From the IMG/VR virus record IMGVR_UViG_3300031548_000002, positions 1 through 64,000 of that record: a stretch of 64,000 nucleotides of DNA; one strand, written 5' to 3'. Below are positions 37,966 to 46,151 of the stretch, one piece after another; within the stretch, counting starts at the first letter, position 1, and every line of letters starts with the position of its first letter. The position numbers were made by a program, and so were the translations under genes. Origin of the DNA: a virus. The notes beneath the pieces were generated by a model. The model was not told where the DNA came from, ran no database searches, and saw only the letters and a program-made list of their open reading frames with translations.

Positions 37966-38845
37966 GAGCGACGCTCGTAGGCTGCGAGTTTCACCGGATG
38001 AGGCCGTCGCCATGCTGAAGAACCTGTGGGAGATCTCGGGCACCGGTGAGCTGCGCGTCGCGAAGCACCTACTGCCCGATCGGATCCCGTGGTACAGCGA
38101 CGTTCAGAAGCTGTCGCCTCTGGCGAGCAGCGATCACGACCAGCACACCTTCGGCGGCGCCACCAATCCGCTGTGGGATATCATCCGCTGGATGCCCGCG
38201 GTGGACGGCGACTGCTGGTGCACACGGCACCCGAAGATCGGTCGGTCGTGGATCGAGCTGCGCACGGATGCGTACCAGCGGTACGTTGAGTCGGGCGTCG
38301 AGCGGTTCGCTGTCTGCACTGAGTACGCGTTCTCGATCATCTCGCCCGGTGACGTCGCGTGGATCTCACAGCTCGTGCGGGGCCGGCCGGTCGTCGAGCT
38401 GGGCGCGGGACGCGGGTACTGGGCGTGGCAGCTTCAGCAGGCGGGTGTGACGGTTCACGCGTACGAGCCGTGCCGACCCGGCGACGACAACACGTACTTC
38501 ACGTTCGGAGAGCAGTTCACGAATGTCGTGAAACGCGATCACACGGCGGTGGATGATCACCCCGACGCGGCGCTGCTCATGGTGTGGCCGGGCTACGGCG
38601 CCCCGTGGGCCGCTGACGCCTTGAAGCGCTACCGCGGCGACATGGTGATCTACGCCGGCGAGGGCGAGGGCGGCTGCACGGCGGACGACGAGTTCTACGA
38701 GGTGCTCAAGCGCGACTGGGAGTGGCTCGCCACATCCGACAAGCACGTCACGTGGTGGGGCATCCACGACCACCTGCAGGCGTACGTGCGCAAGCAGAGT
38801 CCGCGCGTCTCGCTGGTCAAGGAGCCCGCGACGGTCGCGGGCTGA
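37958..38845 (+). CDS. class I SAM-dependent methyltransferase-like
   Basis: VVELGAGRGYWA, LMVWP, YAGEGEGGCT. Confidence 0.75.
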   Translation: MTESDARRLRVSPDEAVAMLKNLWEISGTGELRVAKHLLPDRIPWYSDVQKLSPLASSDHDQHTFGGATNPLWDIIRWMPAVDGDCWCTRHPKIGRSWIELRTDAYQRYVESGVERFAVCTEYAFSIISPGDVAWISQLVRGRPVVELGAGRGYWAWQLQQAGVTVHAYEPCRPGDDNTYFTFGEQFTNVVKRDHTAVDDHPDAALLMVWPGYGAPWAADALKRYRGDMVIYAGEGEGGCTADDEFYEVLKRDWEWLATSDKHVTWWGIHDHLQAYVRKQSPRVSLVKEPATVAG

Positions 38846-38859
38846 CACGAGAGGAAGAC

Positions 38860-39828
38860 ATGTCACACTTCACGCTGATCGTCGAGCTGCCCGAGGGCAC
38901 GCTGCCCGACGACTACGAGAGTGAGATCGCGCGCCGCCTGGAGCGCTACGACGAGAACCGCAAGGTCGAGCCGTACCGGGACTACTGGGAGAGCGTCGAC
39001 CCGCGCGACAACTGGGCGTTCGAGTACGTGTACGAGACGCTCCAGAAGAGCGACGAGAACGCGCCGGCGCCGGAGGACGTCACGCTCGAGCGCTTCGTCG
39101 CCGCGTACAACGAGCGCTACCACAACGACGAGGAGGACAGTGAGAAGCCGGTCGAGTACGACGCCGAGACCGGCCGGGCGTTCACGTGGTCGACGTACAA
39201 CCCCGAGTCCAAGTGGGACTGGTGGACCATCGGCGGCCGCTGGCGCGGGTACTTCACCACCGTCGAGAAGATGTCGTCGGATGACGTTCAGCGCGTGCTG
39301 CTGACCGCGCCCCGCTGGATGAACGAAGACTACGAGGTGCACGATCGCGCGTGCGACGGCGGACCGATCCGGCTGCTCGACCTGGAGGGCCAGCGCGCCA
39401 CGGCGGTCGCGAAGGCGGAGGAGCGCTTCGCGACGTACGAGCGCGCGATCGCCGGAACACCCGAGGCGCTGTCGTGGACGGAGTCGCGCGAGTCGCACGA
39501 CGACATCGAAGATGCGCGCGCGTTCTACCGCGAGCAGCCGCGCGTGCAGGCGCTGAATGAGGCGTTCAGCGACTTCGGCTTCGGCTGTCGGATCGAAGAG
39601 TTCCGGTGGGGTCGCGAGCTCTACGTGCACCGTGCGCGGCTGAGTGCCGTGCCGGGCTACGCGTACCTGACGCGCGACGACCGGTGGCTGTCGCCCGGCG
39701 ACATGGGCTGGTTCGGGCTGAGCTCGGACACCGTGGAGAGCCGTGAGGCATACGACACCGCGGTGAACGGGCGGATCACGAGCCTCGGTCCCGATGTCGT
39801 GCTCGTGCTGGTCGACTGTCACATCTGA
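38860..39828 (+). CDS. conserved phage hypothetical protein
   Basis: MSHF...YNPESKWDWWTIGGRW...GDMGWFG...VDCHI. Confidence 0.8.
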   Translation: MSHFTLIVELPEGTLPDDYESEIARRLERYDENRKVEPYRDYWESVDPRDNWAFEYVYETLQKSDENAPAPEDVTLERFVAAYNERYHNDEEDSEKPVEYDAETGRAFTWSTYNPESKWDWWTIGGRWRGYFTTVEKMSSDDVQRVLLTAPRWMNEDYEVHDRACDGGPIRLLDLEGQRATAVAKAEERFATYERAIAGTPEALSWTESRESHDDIEDARAFYREQPRVQALNEAFSDFGFGCRIEEFRWGRELYVHRARLSAVPGYAYLTRDDRWLSPGDMGWFGLSSDTVESREAYDTAVNGRITSLGPDVVLVLVDCHI

Positions 39829-39923
39829 CGTCCTGGGTGCGGGTTCCGTGAATCGCACGGGACCCGCACTTGTGGTATATTCGTATCAGGCGTAGACGCG
39901 CCTCGACACGACAGGAGAAGTCA

Positions 39924-40358
39924 GTGCACTACACTCACTACGTGGAGAAGACGTCCGGCGGGTCGTCCGGTGGGTCGACCGGTGGTAAGTCGGGCGGGAC
40001 CACGTCGGGCGGCAAGTCCGGCGGCTCCACGGGCAAGTCTTCGACCAGCGGCTCCAGTACGTCCAGTGGCTCCAGTATGTCCAGTGGCAAGGTCACGATC
40101 AAGAAGCCCGCGGACCTCGCGAAGCTGCCGCCGGTAAGCGTGCCGCAGCCCAACGGTCCGGCGATCGTGATGAACATGCAGGACTTCTGCGTCCTGCCCA
40201 ACGCCAACGCGATCAACGCCGCCGTGTACGGCCAGTGCGTCGCGCGCAAGCGCAAGAAGGACGATGACGACGTTCCCATGTGGGGCGTCATCCTCATCGT
40301 CGCACTGGTCGTCGTCCTGGTGATCGCGGCGCTCGCGTACTTCCTCAGCAACGACTAG
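39924..40358 (+). CDS. Gly/Ser-rich membrane-anchored protein
   Basis: GGKSGG repeats; C-terminal TM; promoter and GACACGACAGGAG leader. Confidence 0.7.
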   Translation: MHYTHYVEKTSGGSSGGSTGGKSGGTTSGGKSGGSTGKSSTSGSSTSSGSSMSSGKVTIKKPADLAKLPPVSVPQPNGPAIVMNMQDFCVLPNANAINAAVYGQCVARKRKKDDDDVPMWGVILIVALVVVLVIAALAYFLSND

Positions 40359-40370
40359 TCGGGAGACATC

Positions 40371-41156
40371 GTGGGAATCTTCAACCGAGGCCTGTTCGCG
40401 GGTGACATGTACAAGACCATGGACCCGGTGCGCGCCAGTGACGGCAGCAAGTCCGCCGCCATGATGACGAGCACGTTCATGAGCAAGGCGCCGACGCTCG
40501 TCGAGTCGTTCCGCACCGCGGGCGTCTTGCTCGAGAAGAAGGGCGGCCTGGGACTGCGAGCCGCCGTGTACCTCGTCGTCGATCGCTCCGGCTCGATGAG
40601 CGGCTACTTCCGTGACGGCTCGGTCCAGGCGTTCGCGGACCGCATCCTCGCGGCCGCCGCGCAGTTCGATGACGACGGCGTCGTGCCGACCGTGTTCTTC
40701 GGCTCACGCGCTCACCCCACCAAGGACATCGTCCTGGGCCAGCACGCCGGCCGCGTCGCGCAGCTTCACCAGGAGTTCGGCAGCATGGGCTCGACGAACT
40801 ACGCCGACGCCATGGAGACGGTGATCCGGCACTACCGCGGGACGAACCCGCGGGTGCCCGCCCTGGTGTTCTTCCAGACCGACGGCGCGCCGGACAACCA
40901 GTCCGCCGCGGAGGAAATCATCGTCAGGTCGTCGAAGCTGCCGATCTTCTGGCAGTTCGTCGGCTTCGGCCACGACCGGTTCGCGTTCCTCAACCGGCTG
41001 GACACGCTGACGAACCGCACGGTCGACAACGCGGGCTTCTTGGCCGCGGGCTTCGACCCGGCCGCGCTGTCCGACTCGGAGCTGTACGACAAGCTGCTCA
41101 ACGAGTACCCCTCGTGGGTCCGGTCCGCGCAGAACGTCGGCATCGTCGCGCGCTAG
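40371..41156 (+). CDS. vWA domain protein (vWA-TerF-like)
   Basis: MIDAS DRSGSM, GSTNYA, FQTDG, PIFWQFVGFG, DNAGF. Confidence 0.85.
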   Translation: MGIFNRGLFAGDMYKTMDPVRASDGSKSAAMMTSTFMSKAPTLVESFRTAGVLLEKKGGLGLRAAVYLVVDRSGSMSGYFRDGSVQAFADRILAAAAQFDDDGVVPTVFFGSRAHPTKDIVLGQHAGRVAQLHQEFGSMGSTNYADAMETVIRHYRGTNPRVPALVFFQTDGAPDNQSAAEEIIVRSSKLPIFWQFVGFGHDRFAFLNRLDTLTNRTVDNAGFLAAGFDPAALSDSELYDKLLNEYPSWVRSAQNVGIVAR

Positions 41157-41164
41157 TCCGCCGC

Positions 41165-41263
41165 AGCTCGAAGGCTCGCATCCGTTGGATGCGGGCCTTC
41201 AGCGTGCTGTACGGCCGCTGAGACGGCCAACGAACAGGCCCCGCCCGGTAGGGCGGGGCCTGT
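41165..41263 (+). terminator. two tandem hairpins after the vWA gene
   Basis: GAAGGCTCGCATCC/GGATGCGGGCCTTC and CAGGCCCCGCCC/GGGCGGGGCCTG. Confidence 0.55.
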
Positions 41264-41393
41264 GTGCTGCGCCCGCCAACGGGCGCGTAGACGCCTACGG
41301 GTCGCGCGCACATCGGACCAGGTCGCGCCGAACGCTCATCCACTCGTCGGCGACTCTCACATAGGTGTAGTACCGTAGCCGTGGGAGGACAAC

Positions 41394-41741
41394 GTGGAGA
41401 GCACCGTGGACGACACACTGACGATCGTGGCATTCGACCCACTACGACCGATCTTCCTACTCATCATGATCAGCCTGGTGACGTACCGTGTCACGCGACT
41501 GATCGCGGCTGACGCGTTCCCACTGATCGCGACGCCGCGCGAGTGGATCATCGGCAAGCTGGGAGAGGACCACTGGTTCTCGTACTTGATCACATGCATG
41601 TGGTGCGCGTCGATGTACGTCGCGGCGGGCGTGGTCGCCGTGTTCGACCGCTACACAGCGGTGCCGTGGCCCTACGCGATGGTCTTCGTTGCGTCGGCGA
41701 TCACCGGCACCATCGCGATGCACGAGCCGGAGGTTGACTGA
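41394..41741 (+). CDS. DUF1360-like membrane protein (possible holin)
   Basis: YRVTRLI..D...YLITCMWCASMY; TM helices. Confidence 0.7.
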   Translation: MESTVDDTLTIVAFDPLRPIFLLIMISLVTYRVTRLIAADAFPLIATPREWIIGKLGEDHWFSYLITCMWCASMYVAAGVVAVFDRYTAVPWPYAMVFVASAITGTIAMHEPEVD

Positions 41742-42325
41742 TGGAGTGGCGACTGTTCGAAGAGGGCACGACGCCGTACGTCAGCACCGCCGAGTTTCAC
41801 CGGGACCGCGAGCGCGCGCCGCACCTGGAGCAGGCGCACCACCGGGCGCGCATGGAGCTCGCGCTGGAGTGCGTGCGCGCCGCCGAGAACTGGTACGCCA
41901 AGCCGACGCTGTGCGACCTCGGCGCGGGCGACGGTGGGTTCCTGACGCTGGTCGCGCCGTACGTAAGTCGCGCGTGGGGCTACGACCTCTGTCCCGCGAA
42001 CGTCGCGGGTGCGGCGGAGCGCGGAGTGAACGTCGAGCTGCGCGACTTCACCGCGGAGAAGCCCGAGCTGGGCACGGTGGTGACGACGCTGGAGGTCTTG
42101 GAGCACGTCGCCCGCCCGCACGCGCTGGTGAAGGCGCTGTGGCAGGCGGGCGTCCGGGTGCTGATCGCATCATCACCGGTGGATGAGACGGAGGCATCTC
42201 ACGACGCGGTTCACGCGTGGGCGTGGGACATGGACGGCTACCGCGCGCTCGTTGAGAGTGGCGGTTGGACCGTCGTACGGCACGAGACGGCCGGTCGGTA
42301 CCAGGTGGTACTCGCTCGCAGGTAG
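41741..42325 (+). CDS. class I SAM-dependent methyltransferase
   Basis: CDLGAGDGG, GYD, LEVLEH. Confidence 0.85.
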   Translation: MEWRLFEEGTTPYVSTAEFHRDRERAPHLEQAHHRARMELALECVRAAENWYAKPTLCDLGAGDGGFLTLVAPYVSRAWGYDLCPANVAGAAERGVNVELRDFTAEKPELGTVVTTLEVLEHVARPHALVKALWQAGVRVLIASSPVDETEASHDAVHAWAWDMDGYRALVESGGWTVVRHETAGRYQVVLARR

Positions 42326-42333
42326 GAGTAGCG

Positions 42334-43998
42334 GTGGGTTGGCGGAGAACCTCATCGGCGCGACCGCGCGCACGCGTGATGCGCGGTGACCGCGAGAGTA
42401 CGGCGCTCGCGGTCGTCGAGAGCCCCGCGCTGTCGCGCCGCGAGCACCGCGCGTTGCAGCGCGCCGCTAAGAAGAACGCGAAGAAGGAGTCGCTGACCGC
42501 GGCTGCCGCGATCATGCGGTCGGACACGCGCGGCACCGTCATCCAGAAGAAACGCTGGCAGGATGAGGCGTGGGACAACTGGCGTGGTAACGGTGAGCTC
42601 TGGTACGCGACCGAGTGGAAGGGCAACGCGGTCTCACGCGTGCGGTTGAAGGCCGCGAAGATCGTGCCCGGCTCGGATGAGCCGGAGATCGTGGACGACG
42701 GTCCGGCGGCGGAGCTTATGGAGCAGCTCGCTGGTGGCATCGGCGGCCAGTCCGTGCTCATGAAGAGCTTCTCGATCAAGCTCGACATCGCGGGCGACTC
42801 GTATTTCATCATGTACGTGGATGAAGAGGGAGTTACGCACAGCGGGGTGTACTCCGCGGACGTCGTGCGCAAGGACACCAGCGGTGGTTTCTCACTTCAG
42901 CTGGATGAGTCCGGGCCAGTGCCGCTGCCGCGCGAGTCGCTGGTCGTCCGCATCTGGAACCCCGACGAGCAGTACCCGTGGCTGGCCATCTCGCCGACCG
43001 AGCCCGCGCTCAGCGTGCTGCGCGAGGTCGACCTCTACAACCGAAAGATCATCACCGAGCTGACGGCGCGCATCGCCAGCAACGGCGTGTGGCTGATTCC
43101 CGATGAGGTGACGTTCCCCGTCCGCGACGAGTTCTCGGACGCGCCGGACCCGTTCATCTCCGAGTGGATCGACGTCGCATCGAAGGCGATCCAGAACCCG
43201 GGAAGTGCCGCGGCCGCACTGCCGATTCCGATGCGCGTGCCCGCGGACTTCATCGACAAGTTCGAGCACGTCCGCTTCTCGGACAACGTCGTCAAGGAGA
43301 CGTTGGACGGTCGCGACCGCGCGCTGAGCCGACTCGCGAAGATGCTCAACGTTCCGGCTGAAGTTTTGACTGGCATGGGAGACGTGAACCATTGGGGGTC
43401 TTGGAAGATCGAAGACTCCGCGATCAAGATTCACGTGCTTCCCACGGTAGAAACGATTTGTCGTGGTCTCACGGTGGGGTACCTGCAGCCCGCCCTCTCC
43501 AATCAGAGCCTCGAAGAGTTCGACGATAATGACGTCGCGGATGACGCGAATGGCGAGCAGGCGCAATACGTCGTCTGGTATGATGCGTCCGAGCTGGAGA
43601 AGCAGCCCGACCTCGGCGAGCGCGCCGTCCAGCTCCACGACCGCGTCGCGATCTCTGACGAGGCACTGCGCCGCGCGACCGGCTTCGATGACTCCGACGC
43701 GCCGACCGACGAAGAGCGCAACGCGCAGATCCTGAAGAAGCTCGCGTACAGTGGCCAGCAGGTCACCAACGCGTACGAGGAGCTCACCGGAACTCCGGTG
43801 GCCGGCGTCGGGGACGAGGAATCCACGACCTCGCCCGAAGCGAACCTCCCCGCACCGGCGCCGGCCGCCGGGCCTGCGCCCACGGTGGTAAGACCACCGA
43901 GCACGCGCACCGAAGTACCGTCCGGTGAAAGTGGCGGACCTCCGGGCGCGAGCGTCGACACCACCTTCCTCGAGATCGTTGAGAGGACGCGCACGTGA
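42334..43998 (+). CDS. portal protein
   Basis: WQDEAW, SRVRL, RIWNP, GMGDVNHW, WYDASEL; sits upstream of MuF, protease and capsid genes. Confidence 0.85.
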   Translation: MGWRRTSSARPRARVMRGDRESTALAVVESPALSRREHRALQRAAKKNAKKESLTAAAAIMRSDTRGTVIQKKRWQDEAWDNWRGNGELWYATEWKGNAVSRVRLKAAKIVPGSDEPEIVDDGPAAELMEQLAGGIGGQSVLMKSFSIKLDIAGDSYFIMYVDEEGVTHSGVYSADVVRKDTSGGFSLQLDESGPVPLPRESLVVRIWNPDEQYPWLAISPTEPALSVLREVDLYNRKIITELTARIASNGVWLIPDEVTFPVRDEFSDAPDPFISEWIDVASKAIQNPGSAAAALPIPMRVPADFIDKFEHVRFSDNVVKETLDGRDRALSRLAKMLNVPAEVLTGMGDVNHWGSWKIEDSAIKIHVLPTVETICRGLTVGYLQPALSNQSLEEFDDNDVADDANGEQAQYVVWYDASELEKQPDLGERAVQLHDRVAISDEALRRATGFDDSDAPTDEERNAQILKKLAYSGQQVTNAYEELTGTPVAGVGDEESTTSPEANLPAPAPAAGPAPTVVRPPSTRTEVPSGESGGPPGASVDTTFLEIVERTRT

Positions 43999-46151
43999 CG
44001 CGCATCACGATGGTCTCCGAGGCTGAGCTGCAAGCTGCCGCCGACGCGCTCGCCACGGACATGGTCGAGACGCTGCGTGCGGTTCTACGGCGCGCGGGCC
44101 AGGCGCTGGGCCAGACTATCACGGCGGCCGCCGAGCGGCCCGAGCGGGTCGTTCTAGACCAAGCTGAGACGGCCTGGCTGGACGCCGTCAACGGCGACTT
44201 CTTTCCGCGCGTTGTGAACGCCTACGTCTCCGCCGCAGAGCGCGCTCACCTGCAGCTCGTCGACGTCTATGGCGGCGCGCCGGCCGCCGTGCCATTCGTG
44301 AGCCAGTCGGCGGCGGTCGCGTACCTCACGGACTCCGGCAACCGCATGATGAACGTCACGGAGGGCACGTGGGCGCGCGCTCGAGCGCAGCTCATTGAGG
44401 GTTTTCAGGCGGGCGAGTCGATCCAGCAGCTGACCGCTCGCCTGCAGTCGGTGAGCGACTGGAGCGAGTCGCGCGCCGCGACCGTGGCCCGCACTGAGAT
44501 CATCTCCGCGTCCAACGCGGGCGCGCTGGCCGAGGTGCAGGCGACCGGTGCGATCGCGAAGAAGACGTGGCTCGCCACCAAGGATTCGCGCACGCGTGAG
44601 GCGCACCGTAAGGCTGACGGCCAGACGGTTAGCGTCAACAACGTGTTCATCGTGGACGGTGAGGCGCTGGACTTCCCGGGCGACCCGCAGGGTGAGCCGG
44701 AAAATGTGATCAACTGCAGATGTACTTTGTCACTTGACGTCAAAAAGTCGGAGCTGTCCGTCGCGCTGGAAGACCTGCCCGACGTCACCGACGAGTTCGA
44801 CCCAGCGGACTTCGTCGACCTGGACTCGCTGGTCGCGGCGGCGTCGCGCATTGAGCTCGCGCCGCGTAAGAAGTACGACGAGTCGAAGCACAAGCGCGGT
44901 AAGGGTGGACGCTTCGCACCTAAGTCTGGCGGTGGCGGCGGTAAGATCGACTATAAGAAGAAGACCGCCAAGAAGGCGCCCGAGCCGGAGCCCGCCGAAC
45001 CGGCGAAGAAGATCAGCTACAAGAAGACCACCGCTAAGAAGACGGCCGCGCCTCCGACGCCGCCGCCCGCGCCGACTCCGCCGCCCGCTAAGAAGGCCGC
45101 ACCGGCGAAGACGACCGGCAAGAAGATCGCGCCCACCCCGCCTCCGCCGCCGGTCAAAGAACCGCCCGCGCCGGAGATCGAAGAGCTGCCCACACCGGAG
45201 CCGGCTGCACCCGGCGGCATCGAGCCGAGCGCGCCGATCGTGCAGGTGACGCCCGAGGTGCGGGACGCGCTGGACCTGTCGGAGGGCGACTTCGCGGAGA
45301 CGGGTAGCCGTGTGCTGGTCGGCGACCGTGCCGGAACGGTGCGCCACTCGACGACCAACGACGCGGATCTCAGTGATGAGCTCTGGGTGCAGTTCGACGA
45401 TGACCCGACGCGCGTCCAGCGCATGGCCGCGACGGACGCTGAGGTGATCGACGCGGCGGATGACGACTACGCGGACATCACGCGGTCGCCCTTCCCAGCG
45501 GACGTCGTCGAGAACCTGCCCGCGGGCGCGCCGTTGGGCGATGAGGACGAGAATGAAGCTGACGAGGACGCGGGCGACGACGGTGCGGAGCTGCCGTTCG
45601 CGGTCACGCCCGGCTTCGAGCCTCTCACCGAGTCGGATGCCAACGACATGCAGGACGAGATGCTGGCGCGCGAGCCCTGGTCCGTGGCGCAGGAGGAAGC
45701 ACTCACCGTGTACAGCGGCGACGCGTACACAGAGATGAACGGCTGCCTGCGGTTCGATGAGGGCTGCACGGATGACATCGAGTTCGACAACCGGCAGGCG
45801 TCCGCGGCGATGCGTCCCACGACGCGCGCGACGACGGTCACGCGCGGCGCGAACTTCCAGTCGCTGGGCATCAACAACGCGGCACAGCTGGAGTCGCTGG
45901 TCGGCGCCACGGTGAGTGACCACGGCTTCACCAGCACATCGATCGATCCGAACTCCGCGTTCGCCGGCGACGTCCGGCTGCAGATCGAGGTGCCCGAGGG
46001 TGCGCGCGCCGCGTACATCGACCAGATCAGCCAGAACGCGGGCGAGCGTGAGCTGCTGCTCGACAGAGGCACGCGCTTCGAGGTGCTGGAAGTCCAGATG
46101 CCTGCGGAAGAAGGCATGCCCGCCGCGGTGCGAGTGAGGGTGGTTGTGTAA
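43995..46151 (+). CDS. MuF-like minor head protein fused to a VIP2-like ADP-ribosyltransferase (ART1)
   Basis: MuF motifs ARTE, KTWLAT.DSRTREAH, PGDP, INCRC; ART motifs VTRG, GFTSTS, ERELLL. Confidence 0.9.
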   Translation: MTRITMVSEAELQAAADALATDMVETLRAVLRRAGQALGQTITAAAERPERVVLDQAETAWLDAVNGDFFPRVVNAYVSAAERAHLQLVDVYGGAPAAVPFVSQSAAVAYLTDSGNRMMNVTEGTWARARAQLIEGFQAGESIQQLTARLQSVSDWSESRAATVARTEIISASNAGALAEVQATGAIAKKTWLATKDSRTREAHRKADGQTVSVNNVFIVDGEALDFPGDPQGEPENVINCRCTLSLDVKKSELSVALEDLPDVTDEFDPADFVDLDSLVAAASRIELAPRKKYDESKHKRGKGGRFAPKSGGGGGKIDYKKKTAKKAPEPEPAEPAKKISYKKTTAKKTAAPPTPPPAPTPPPAKKAAPAKTTGKKIAPTPPPPPVKEPPAPEIEELPTPEPAAPGGIEPSAPIVQVTPEVRDALDLSEGDFAETGSRVLVGDRAGTVRHSTTNDADLSDELWVQFDDDPTRVQRMAATDAEVIDAADDDYADITRSPFPADVVENLPAGAPLGDEDENEADEDAGDDGAELPFAVTPGFEPLTESDANDMQDEMLAREPWSVAQEEALTVYSGDAYTEMNGCLRFDEGCTDDIEFDNRQASAAMRPTTRATTVTRGANFQSLGINNAAQLESLVGATVSDHGFTSTSIDPNSAFAGDVRLQIEVPEGARAAYIDQISQNAGERELLLDRGTRFEVLEVQMPAEEGMPAAVRVRVVV

